Shown one piece after another: positions 24,001 to 35,168 of a stretch of 64,000 nt of DNA. The translations under genes were made by a program, and so were the position numbers. This DNA is from Vitrella brassicaformis CCMP3155 (Eukaryota > Protista > Chromerida), in assembly GCA_001179505.1 (NCBI GenBank), contig CDMY01000433.1:13299-77298 (forward strand), in the 5' to 3' direction. The notes below the pieces were generated by a model. That model ran no database searches. It had not been told where the DNA came from and was given only the letters and a program-made list of their open reading frames with translations. Each line of letters begins with the position of its first letter. Position 1 is the first letter of the stretch.

Positions 24001-27000
24001 ACTCATCATCACTCATTCATGGCAGCCTTGAACCGTCAGTAGTAGTCAGCCTCTTAAATTATCGCGTCACTCAGCAGATAGATGGCAGGCACATCGCTCC
24101 GCAAACAGACAGGGAGGGAGAAAGGGATCCGCACACCGCACCGCATCACACCGCACCGCACCGCACCGCATCGCATCGCACCACACCGCCCCGACAGCAG
24201 CCATCCACTCGTCTGCACTCATTGCACACGGACACAAACGCCCCTGCGCAAAATGGGGAGAGGGCGCTGTGTGTGTGTGTGTCTGTGTGTGCCCTTCATT
24301 CGGTCATTACCCAGCCTGTCTGCCTGTCTGCCTGCCTGTCTTGTCTGTCTGCCCCTCTCTCTATGGTGCATTCCGTTGTCTGTCTGTTCTTCTCATTGCA
24401 TACGAATAGGGTCGATGATGAACGGAAAAACGAGAGAGGCGTATGGATCGCATCTATCGTATACATACACACGTACACGTGTGGTGTGGTGTGGTGTGTC
24501 CGTGTCTGTCCCGCAGGCAACGAACGAACGCATCATCGAGTGAATGGGATGCATGGGATGGGATTTTCGTTTGGCTCAGTCAGTCACATAATGGATATCG
24601 GTCAGTCGACAGGAGGGCGGGAGTGTTGCACTGCACGATAGTGCAAAGAAACAACCAGAGACACCCAGACGCACAGACACGCAGAGAGAGACAGAGAGAA
24701 AGAGATACAAAGAAAATCTCATCGCCACCACCACACAGGACAGCACACAACCACACAACCACAAGACAGACAGACAAGCAGGCAGGCAGGCAGGCGGGAA
24801 GCACTAAGAAAGGGCGGGTGGGTGGGCAAGAGCACCAACCACACCAAAAATACAAAAATATACATACGAGAAAGGATGCGTTGTGTGCGAGTCTCCGTGT
24901 GTGTGTATGACAGACATAGGGATGGATGGATAGCCATCCCCCCCTCCCTCCCTCCCCTCTCCCCTGACAGTGCCCGCACCGTACCTATCTATCGTTAGTC
25001 CGTTCGTTGGTCAGCTCTGCTCTCTTATATGCACCCACCGCACTGCACCGCACCGAAGGCAGCTGGCTGGGACCACCGAGTCTCCCAGCCTCCCTCGGCG
25101 CCTTCTCTCTCTCTGTCTCCACGTACGTATGTCTGTATGGTTACACGTATGCAATGCATCATTCATTGGATCGTCGGGTCGCGCACTCAGTTAGTCTAGT
25201 GAGTGAGTCAGCCAGTGAGTGAGGGAGTCGTCAGCCGGGCAGACAGACAGCGCACTTAAAACGCATACACGCAGACACGCACGCACGCAAAGTGAGTGCG
25301 AGTCAGTCAGTGAGTGGGGCAAGGCACCACACCACACGACACGACGCACAGACAGGGGAGGCTCGGCTCGGCTGGGCGTGGGCAGGTGTGAAGGGGCAGA
25401 GACAGATGGATGGATGGATGGATGGACAGAGAGGGGGCCAGCAACGCAACGGACGGACGGGCTATCCTCCTATGCCGCTGTGCTATGTGCGCGCCGCTCA
25501 TCTGATTGACCACGACAAAAGACCCCACACACACATCCATCCATCCATCCCCCACCTGCTGCCCTGCCGGCCTGTGTGTCACCTCACCCTGCCTGTCCTG
25601 TAGTGCATATAATGCATTGGTTGGTAGTATTGCACAGAATGACGGACAGTGACTGAGTGAGATAGTGAGACAGTGAGTGTGTAGCATTATAAGCATGTAT
25701 GTATGTATGTGGCTGACATCCATCCATCCATCCGTCCATCCGAAGGGCGAACGGCCGAACGGATGGCAGGAGACAAATAGCACCCAGCGATAGGTAGGTA
25801 GTCGAATGCACCATAGCATACACATACACATACACGCACACGCAACACACCACACACACCAGTCGCGAGCAACAGCAGCGGCGAGCGGGCGTGGGTGTGG
25901 CGGACAGACTGAGGGAGGTGAGGGAGGAAGTCGGGCGACCCTGACTGTGGCTGTGGCTGTCATTTCTTTCTTTTGCCGGCGTGCCTGCCTGCCTCCATCT
26001 GACTGACTGACGTGTCTGTCGCCTGGCCTGCAGCTCAATAGATGAGCGCCAAACAAACACTAGCCAGCCAGACAGACAGACACACACCGCCCGCACCCAC
26101 ACCACAGCCAGCCAGACATGCCCTCCGCGCGCGCCCTCCCTCTTCCTCCCCCTCGCCCGCCCCAGCCTTTGGTTGCTCGCGTGGCAAAACGTAGGGAGTC
26201 ACATCCATCGGTAGCGTTAGGGCACACAGACACTCACATCACAGACACACGGGGATGCACAGCACACACCGCACATGGACATACAAGCGAGTCGACAGAC
26301 AGACAGGCAGCCAGGCTGGACGATTGAGTGATGCAATTGACAATGGACTGACTGGCAACAATAGTTAGTCAGTGTGTGTATGCCCTGCAGACAGTCAGAC
26401 ACTTAGGCAGAGGGGGTGAGGGAGTTGGTAGGGTAAGAGGCGGAACGCTTCCTGAGTCATGCAGCCAGCCAGCCAGCCAGCTTCCCAACCAGGCGTGCAC
26501 ACCCACACACTCACACAGATAGATAGAGACCGCCACACACCCACCACACATTGACCAGCGACACAGCACCGACCACCGAGCACCCTATAGGAAATAAGAC
26601 AGACAGACGGACGGACGGACCACCACACACATACAAAGCACACACACACACACTCACACACACACACATGGATAGATGCCTGCAGTGCACTGCACTCCTC
26701 GACGGATGCATACGTGCGTACCGTAGCACACACACCAGCAGACAGACAGCCAGGTGGGTGAACCCGACCCGACAAGGGGAGGGAGGGAGGGAGGGAGGGA
26801 GGGAGGGGGAAGGGAAGGAACCAGCCAGCCAGTCAGTCGGTCAGTCACTTAGTCAGTCAACGAGACGAACGGTACGGTGGGAGGGGAGGGGAGGGGGAAA
26901 AGGAATAAGGAACATCGATAGATACCAACGAAAACGTAGCTATGTACCTACGTATGCATCTGATCGGCACGGACGCACGCAGTGCAATGCATTGCAGGCA

Positions 27001-27100
27001 CGTCCAGCCTCGCCCAAGAGCGTGACCGGCCCCCTGCTCCCGTGGCGTGCGTGTGTGTGTGTGTGTGGTCCGTCGTCAATCGATTGATTGATTAGTCATC
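18100..27100. repeat. Microsatellite-rich low-complexity non-coding tract (~9 kb)
   Basis: Dense (CA)n, (AGAC)n, (GATG)n, (AGTC)n, (GGCA)n and (ACCA)n runs. ORFs here translate to repeat-derived VC/TH/DRQ strings. No coherent exon chain found. Confidence 0.75.
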
Positions 27101-27123
27101 ATAGTGGTCGGGGCACGCCTTGA

Positions 27124-29813
27124 TCAAATCTGCACAAACAGAGCGGGCGAGCGTCCTTGTCTTGGTGTGTGTGCATGGGCATGGGAAAGGTTGGTGTGTG
27201 GTCTGGCTGGTTTGTTTGTTCGCTGACCCTCGGCGGAAATGGTGGCAGCCCAAGTGGCCAGGACGTCAGACGCGCTCGTCGTGTGGTGAGAGGGGGTGCC
27301 GCACGAACCAGACGGAGACAACTGATTCAAACACAACATAGAGACGTGAAAGTGGTCGACCAGCGGCATGGCTTAGGTCTGTATGTGCCTTTGTCTCCCC
27401 CAACCCACCTGTGCCATGAAGGGCGGCATGCCACCCATGCCGTGCACCGCTGCCTGGTCCATGTAGGGGTAGTCTACCCCGCCCCCACACATGCCGCTCA
27501 CGTCGCCTCCCATCATCATGACGCTCGAGAAGTCGGGGTGCGACGGGTGGCCCACACCCACACCCACACCGACGCCAATGTCGTCACTCGCGCCAACAGG
27601 GCGATGATGGGCGTGCGAGTGGTGCATCCCATACGAGCCGTCGTGCGAGTGGCCGCGGTGCAGCGGGGCATGGCCACCATTGCTGTCGCTGGACCCTGCT
27701 GGACCACCGGTGCCACCGCCCATGGCCACCGGGAGGGGCACGCCATTGCCGGTGGTGAGACTCACCACCGACTCGAAGCACGGTCCACCGGCCGCAAAGG
27801 CGTGTGGGTGGCTGGGGATGGGCGCCGGCGGCGGCGCCCCCTGCCCCTGCTGCTCGTGGTTGATGAGGTGGTTGCGGATGCGTGTGGAGGGGTCCATTTC
27901 GCTCTCGCTGTCCGACCCGCCGCTCTGGGTGGGCGACTCCTCACTCGAGTAGCGGAAACTCACCGTGTCGCTCGACCCGCTGCGCTCGTGGTACACCGAC
28001 CCCGCACCCAATGGCTCGGTGGGCACGTCGGTCGAGTCAACGCTGCCCGCCCCGCACGAGTCGGTGGTGCAGTGGCCCAGGTCGTCGTTGGAGGTCTGGT
28101 GGGGGATCTGGGTGTTGCTGTGGGTGTTGCTGTGGGGTGCGACGCCCAGCAGTGCGTGTAGGGGGTCGGCTGGGAGGGGAGGGGGCGGCGGCGGGGGCAG
28201 GTGGTGGGGCAGTGAAGGGGTTGTGGTGGTCGAACGCGACGGGGGAGACGAATCGCGAACGCTCAGCACCGTCGGCCTGGGGAAGGAAGCGAGACACACA
28301 ACACCCACAACACAAGTAGCTCGGATGCGATGCTTGCCATGGCTGTGTCTGTGCGCGTCGTGTCCCGTCCCTTTGTTACATGTTTCGTTTGGGCGTGTAT
28401 CGTCTGGCATGGTGTGGCTGGTGGTGCTGCGACGAGTGGTGGGGACGCAACACACGGGGACTGCTGCCATCTGATCCAACCAACACACACACACACACAG
28501 ACACACACACAGGCAGGCAGAGGAAGGCAGCGATTATGTGATGCACACATGACGATATGCAGATAGACACAAACGGCACACACGTCTGTCTGTCTGCCTG
28601 TCTGTCTGTCTGTGTGTATGTGTGTATGTGTGTATGTGTGGTTGCGTTGGTTCAGACATCTAAGGAAGTCCTCATTTGACTCGCTGCGGCGCATCACAGC
28701 TCGTCATGAGAGTACACTGCGAATGTAGAGACGTTCCTTTGCTATCATCATCACTCACTCACTCACTCACTGACCAACCAACCGACTGCCTGCCTGCCCC
28801 TCCCTCCCTCACTGCCTGCCTGCCTGCCTGTCTGCCTGGCTGGCGCACCCGCGCCCCCATTAGCTCACCGTGTCCTATGTTGGCAGAGTTGTCCTTGGTG
28901 CGGTTGTGTGCAGTCGACTGGTCGGCCTCTTGGGTGGCTGCCTCGATAGGCATGGGGTGGTGTGGGTGGTGAGAGGGGCGGTGGTGGTGGGGCTGTCCAT
29001 GGTGTCCACCGTGACCGTGACCATGGTGCGGGTGCCCGGTGTTGCCGATGCGCGCCACGTGCAAGTTGCTGCCTCCATACCCATGACCTGACCCGCCACC
29101 GCCATTGCCCCCGCCCACCCCGTTGCCGTCCTCGTCGAGACCGCACAGGGGATTCAGCTCACGCTGCCCATGGGCGAACTTGCACGATGGGTCGTTGCAG
29201 CGACCCTTCAGCCACTGACCACACAACTTGGTCTGGTGGACACACACACAGAGGGACAGAGGGAGAGACACGACCATGTGTGTCGTGCTCGCTGATCCAG
29301 GCCTTGTGGTCCCCTCCTATGCGTGTTGGCGTACCTTTCGCAGGTCGGGGATGGACCGCATTTCCTCGGCTGAGTGCGCGTAGGTGCAGTTCTCGCGAGT
29401 ACACCGACCCTCCTGCACACGCACACACCAAAATCAAAGTCACCACACAGATGGATGGAGCACCGGCGTCCCCCAGTGTCAGAGACGAGAGTACCTACCA
29501 TAAAAAATTTGCAGAACTTAGTCTTCCAACACCTGTTGTTTGTCAATCAAGACACACAGAGAGCACACAGGCAGACAGCGAGCAGACAATGAATCACCCA
29601 GCAGCGACAGAGTGGCCTGACTGGCGGATCTGTGCCCAGGCACACGCGAGGTGCCACCACTCATCCCCCTGCCCTCCGCAGTGCCCTCCCGTCGTGCCCT
29701 GCCCACTGCCCTCTCTGGCTGCTGAGTGCGCGTGCGCTGCTCCCCTGTGCGCACCTGGCTGAGAGGCGTGACGGCAACGCGTGATGGTTAGTCATCGTGG
29801 TCGTGTCGTTCAT
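27124..29813 (-). CDS. Tandem CCCH (C3H1) zinc-finger RNA-binding protein, TTP/ZFP36-like
   Basis: Spliced N-terminus MNDTTTMTNHHALPSRLSARCWKTKFCKFFMVGRCTRENCTYAHSAEEMRSIPDLRKTKLCGQWLKGRCNDPSCKFAHGQREL, followed by a long His/Gly/Pro/Ser disordered tail. Splice phases are consistent; 3' end approximate. Confidence 0.88.
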
Positions 29814-29814
29814 C

Positions 29815-29841
29815 TTATGCTCTCAGCAACTCCTCCGTCAT
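29815..29841 (-). promoter_or_regulatory. Upstream ORF (MTEELLRA*) ending 1 nt before the CCCH start codon
   Basis: Minus strand reads ATG ACG GAG GAG TTG CTG AGA GCA TAA G ATG AAC. Confidence 0.45.
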
Positions 29842-29977
29842 ATAATGGCAGGTCACCAGCGCCGCCTGAAGGAGATCGATCGACACAGATCTCCGCTGCA
29901 ACACACTCTTCTACGACTAACGGTCTTCGGCAGAGCAAACGAGGGAGGAGGGAAAGCGCCAAAGAAATGCCGGCGTA

Positions 29978-29985
29978 TGCGAGCT
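29978..29985. promoter_or_regulatory. TGCGAGCT motif between the CCCH and coiled-coil genes
   Basis: tgcgagct(aagct) inside the 29813-30215 divergent interval. Confidence 0.45.
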
Positions 29986-30214
29986 AAGCTGCCGATCGTT
30001 GGCTTTTATCGGCCTTTTTCTCTTCGTTTTCCACACCACACGTCCTTGCACCTTTCACCTGACTCACCTGCATTTGCGTGAGGCATTTTCTCCAGCAAAA
30101 ACCATCTCATCAGGTCGTAGGTCTATAGGGTTCCGTGGGTAGTATCCGTCCTTTAGTGTCTCCGTCAAACGGGGGGAGGGGGCGTGGGGGCAAGACTGGG
30201 AGTCTCCGTCGAAA

Positions 30215-32398
30215 ATGTCGTTTCTGGCGGAGACGGAACGCCGAATCGACAAGCTGCTCCACGAGTGAGAGACGAAGAAACTCGCGCCACTCTGTCATTG
30301 CATGGCTGTGTTTGTCTGTCCTGCACTGCAGTCTTGAGGTTGATGAGGCCGTGCGCACGCCAGCCAGCGCCCCGCTGCCGCCCGTTCAGAAGGTGGCGAG
30401 GCGGCTGGCCGACATGGACGAGGAGGATGACTGGGCACTGCCGCCCAGAAGGGGCACACACCTCCACACACGCCCCGCGCCAATCGACACGAGCCCACAC
30501 ACCAGACCACGTGCGTCAGTCGGGATGGATCCATGGATACATATGTGCAGACAGAGCCGCACAATGTTATGCACTCCAGGCCAGGCCTCATGCCTTGTGT
30601 GTGTTGCCGTCAGTGTGTGTGAGGGCGGTAGAGAGGAGCCAGGCCGAGGTGCAGAGCCTGCAGGACGAGTCGAGACGCCAAAAGAGACAAATTCTCATGC
30701 TCAGCGAGGTAAGTAGGTGCACTGACCATGCATCCACACAGGCCGAATGGATGGACGCCCCCAGGTTTCGTCAATTAATGTGTATGTGTAGGACTGTCGG
30801 CGGCACGCGTTGGAGGCTGAGCGGTCCCGAGCTCTGGCCGCCAAGCTGGAGGTGGCCCAGCGACAGAGCAGCGATGAGAGGGTCAAACTACTCAGCCAAA
30901 TCGCTGAGGTCAGTCATTCGGCCGGCCAGCCAATCACACATAGACACAGACGTACAAGACCATGGGCATGAATTGCCTCGTGCAGCTTCGTGCTGACGTG
31001 GCGGCGTGTCGTCACGAGAATGAGACGCTGAGGCGGCGCAACGCGGCTGACGACCTCCGGGAGCAGGAGATCCGCGCGCAACTCGAACAGCACATGGACC
31101 AAAACACAACTCTCACACAACAATACCAGGTAGGCGCGGTTTGCCGGCCAGGTCAGGTCAGATGAGGCATTCATTTGTTTGGGCGTGGCGTGCGTGTTGT
31201 GGGGATCGTATCGGTTGCAGGATGCGTGTCTGGGTCAGCAGCGGCTGAGTGGCGAGCTGCTGGAGGCTGACAAGGTCGCCGCCGACATGAGACGGGCAGT
31301 GCAGCCCCTGCTCATCGACAGGTAGACCACCATCAGCCATTTCCCCATTGGCTGTCCGCCGCATGTAGGTCTGCGTTGATGGCGTTTGTGTCACGGCTCC
31401 TCTCCCTGACCGTCGACACCTTCTTCGACCCAACACCATTCTTCAAGGCAAGCAAGGCACGCACCGCACACACCCAGAGAGAGACAAGTATCGTATGTAT
31501 GCCGGCCACTGTCCATCTCTTCCTGTCAGAATGATCGCACGGTGAGTGGGGAGGGCCGTGCGAGAAGTGCACCGCCCAAATACACCAGGGGAGTGCCCAT
31601 GCGGCTCCAGAGACGAGTCGAGGTGCGTACCACCACATCCAAGAGTGTGTGAGTGCGATGGTGTGATGATGTGTGTGACGGCTGCCTGCCTGCCTGTCTG
31701 CGTGTAGGCCCGCCGGATGGGGGAGCTGTGGGAGCTGCTTGAGCGACGTGAGTGAAGGCGTGGACATTGCAGCCAGCTGGCGGGCCTGCGTCTCTCGATA
31801 TGCATGTCTGTCTACGTGCTGTATGTATGTCTGTGTGTGCAGAGCGTCAGGAGCTCCGTCAGATGTCCAAGGACCTCCTGACAGTCGCAGCCCAAACCCT
31901 CGAGGAAAGCCAACGGACACAAGACGTACGCAATCCAATCCAATCCACACACAGACAGACAGGCAAAGCACATGCATGTACACAAATTGAATGCATTCAC
32001 GTCTCGTGATCGATCCCCACGTGTGTGTGTGCTCTCGGTGTGTCATCCATTCATCTATCAATCAGGTTGCACTCAAGTGTCCGCTGGCCCCATTGGCCAG
32101 CGACATTCCCGAGCTGCTGGACGAGCTGTCCCGGACGCTGCCGAGCCTCACCGGTGTGGATAAGGGGCCCATCGACATCCGAGAGGGGTCGGCCGGCAAT
32201 GTGTGGCTGGGGCGGGAGAGGTACGTGCTGCGCCTCATGAAGGACATGACAGAGAAGTGCGCATACCTGGCAAAACTCGAGAAGGCCGCAGAGAAACAAA
32301 GGGGCGGGGCGGGGGTGTGCCGCGACATATGCTATGGCGTCAACCACTACGGTCAGAGGATCCACGGCAGGCCGGGGTGGTGCTCTCTGTGGCCCTGA
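30215..32398 (+). CDS. Hypothetical coiled-coil protein (multi-exon)
   Basis: Exons MSFLAETERRIDKLLH, ERSQAEVQSLQDESRRQKRQILMLSE, LRADVAACRHENETLRRRN...EIRAQLEQH, RQELRQMSKDLL and YVLRLMKDMTEKCAYLAKLEK, flanked by GT-AG sites. Confidence 0.65.
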
Positions 32399-32639
32399 AT
32401 GAGTGCCAGATGCGTGATTGATTGATGTATGGTCAGCTGATTGATGAGCTGGCGAGGCGAGCGATTGGCTAGAGTCAGCTAGGGAGGCAGGCGGTGTGGT
32501 GAATGGGATGCCTGGATGGACGCGTGAGTGAGTGAGTGCTCCCACCAACCGATCGACGAGACACAGAGCTGATGGCATGGATGGCATGGTCTGCACGATT
32601 CGATTCGTCCATTCAGTCAGCACATGTAATACCACTGAC

Positions 32640-34935
32640 TGATATAAAATGCAGGCAGCGATATAAGTAAGTCACGCCACCCTCTCTGTCACGTGCACAC
32701 ACCTGGGCCTACATGTCTTTCTCCCACCCACCAAAGTGCTACGACGAGCTAGACACGGAGTCGGCGTTCTGTGAGACAATCCTTGTCAACGAACGCAAAC
32801 ATCGCGACAAGGTGCACCAAGGATATAAAATGTAGGCAGCGATGTTATTTAACGCCCTCTAAGGACGTGTCCAGCTCACGCACACCTTGGGCTTGCCGCC
32901 CGTCTTGATCTGCCGCACTGGCAATTCCCGGGGCCCTCCTCGCGGCTGCGGGCGTCGTCCAGCAGCTGACGCGCATACTCGACCACCTCGTGGTCACTCA
33001 ATGCACGATCTGATCCAGACAGACAGACAGACAGACAAGTGAGGGGAGGGCACCAATGCACAAACGAGACACGGGGGGGAAGGGTAGCCCCACCAGCGGT
33101 TGGCGGCGTGGGTGGCGGCTTCAATAAGGGGCGGCCAGTGGGGGTGCAGATGAGGCGGCGGCAGCCTGTTCCTCGGCTGTGAGTAAAAACAAGAAGGAGC
33201 TCCACCATGTAGCACCGATAGGCGTGCATCTTTATCCCTCCCTTCCTACCGGGCTTTGACTGAAATCCCTTCTCTTTGATGACACGGGTCATCTTCTCTC
33301 TGAGGGCACGATACCTCCGAACGTTCTCGATGCCTGCTGCCCTGAAACAGTGGCGGCCGGCCTAACCTCACACACGAAAGACAGAAGACAGCCCGCAGGT
33401 CATGCTCCGCTTCCATCCATTCGGTTTGTCAATGCCGCCCCCTTCATGTACCTCGTTTGGAGCGTAAAGGAAGTCTTCGATGGCCTCCTCCACCTCCTTC
33501 TGGGACACGTTGGGGTCCTCGCCCAAAAAGGCCTCGCCCAGCTCGATCACCCGCCAAAAGAGGGCCAGCTCCTCCTCCGTGGGGTCGCGGGGAGGAGTCC
33601 GGCCCGCCCTGACGGCCAGCTCGGCGGCAAGGGCTCGCTCGGCGGCTGTTGGTGGGCGGGGGCGGGTGGAGGACTGCTGGGTGGAGGGCGGGGGAACAGA
33701 GGGCAGCATGGCGCACAGTGAGGGACCGTGGAGGGCACAGGGTGGGGGTTTGACAGAGGTATCTTCTGTAGGTGGGCACGAAATATCTTCTCTTCGACGG
33801 CACGATACCTGTCAACGTCCTCCTCGGATGATACTCGGAAGAGGTGGCGGGCGGCCTGACCTCACGCACAAAAGACAGCAGACAGCCCGCAGGTCATGCT
33901 TCGTTTGCATCCATTCGGTTTGTCTAATGCCGCCCCCTTCATGTACCTTGTTTGGAGCGTAGACGAACTTCTCGTTGGCCTCCTCGACCTCCTTCCGGGG
34001 CACGCTGGGGTCCTCGCTCAGCTCGATGACCCGCCAGAAGAGCGCCAGCTCCTCCTCGGTGGGGTCGCCGGGGGGAGTCCGGCCCGCCCTGATGGCCAGC
34101 CAGCTCAGCGGCTGTAGGTGGGCGGGGGCGGGTGGACTTCTGTTGGGTGGAGGGCGGGGGAACAATGGACAACATGGCACAGTGAGGGGGAGCGTGGAGG
34201 GCAAGGAAGGGCAGGGCGAGCAGCGAGCAGGGACGTCTCTCGTCAGCGAGGGAGAATCACCTCTCCTCGGCGAGCTCAGGCATGTCTGGCGGCTTCAGTG
34301 GGGGTGAGGGGCGGCCAGCGGGGGTGCGGTTGAGGCGGCAGCGGCAGCCATTTCCTGGGCTGTGAGTAAAAACAAGGAGGAGCGCCACCATGTACCACCG
34401 ATAGGCGTGCATCTTTATCCATCCTGTTCCTTCCTACCGTACAAGCGAGCATGCTCCATGTATTCCTCCTTCTTCCACGGGTCCGAGGCGGCGTGGAACC
34501 TGCAGATGTCCTCAAAGGAGGTTGCCCGGAAGACGTGGCGGGCGGCCTGACCTCACGCACAGAAGACAGCAGACAGCCCGCAGGTCATGCTCCGCTTCCA
34601 TCCATTCGGTTTGTCAATGCCGCCCCTTCATGTACCTCGTCAGGAGCGTAGAGGAAGTCTTCGATGCCCTCCTCCACCTCCTCCCGAGCTCAGCTCGATC
34701 ACCCGCCGCATGATATGATGTATGATATGTGGCATATCCTCCTCTCAGGCGGGCGAGGCAAGCTGTCCAGTGGACAGGGCAGAACAGGGGGCATCCGAGG
34801 GCATCTTGCAAGGGCAGTGGTGAGCAGCATGATAGCGAACGGGGCAACTAAAAGTTTAAAGGTTGTGCCGGCAGATAAAGGGTTATTGCTGCTTCAGGCC
34901 GTCTCGTCGAGAAAAAATCTCGACTGCGAGCTTGA
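32640..34935 (-). pseudogene. Degenerate, internally repeated copy of an uncharacterised gene family, ending in a partial AP2-like exon
   Basis: Three copies of RTPPRDPTEEELALFWRVIEL...EVEEA.E.F.YAP.E with conserved introns (gag|gtacatgaag...gtcag; g|gtaggaag...ttttactcacag). Frameshifts and stops in the Ala/Pro linker. 32928-33070 is an inverted near-copy of 36450-36597. Confidence 0.65.
34906..34932. promoter_or_regulatory. Hairpin GTCGAGA-N5-TCTCGAC plus TGCGAGCT motif
   Basis: Upstream of both the family unit (-) and the AP2-like gene (+). Homologous to 43760-43786. Confidence 0.45.
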
Positions 34936-35168
34936 CGACTTTTCCCCTCGTCAAAGTCCCTGAGCAAACCTCTCGGCAGCGCCAACTATCAGGCCCTCCT
35001 GTGGACTCACAAGGCGAGCAACGCCGGAGTAGCGCCAGGCAAGGCTGCTCGTCCGGTGGCAAAGTTGTCCGGTGGTGACTCTGCGTGCGTGCTGATCAGG
35101 GTCTGTGAAGACAGCTGAGCAGTAGGCTGTGCTGTGCCTTGTGGTGTGCGTGCGTTGTGCACCACCCC

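Noticed and set aside
18100-27100. Dozens of 60-250 aa ORFs in the ORF track
   Set aside because: They are translations of dinucleotide and tetranucleotide microsatellites that lack stops (VCVC, THTH, DRQT, SIHP), with no domain or consistent splice chain.
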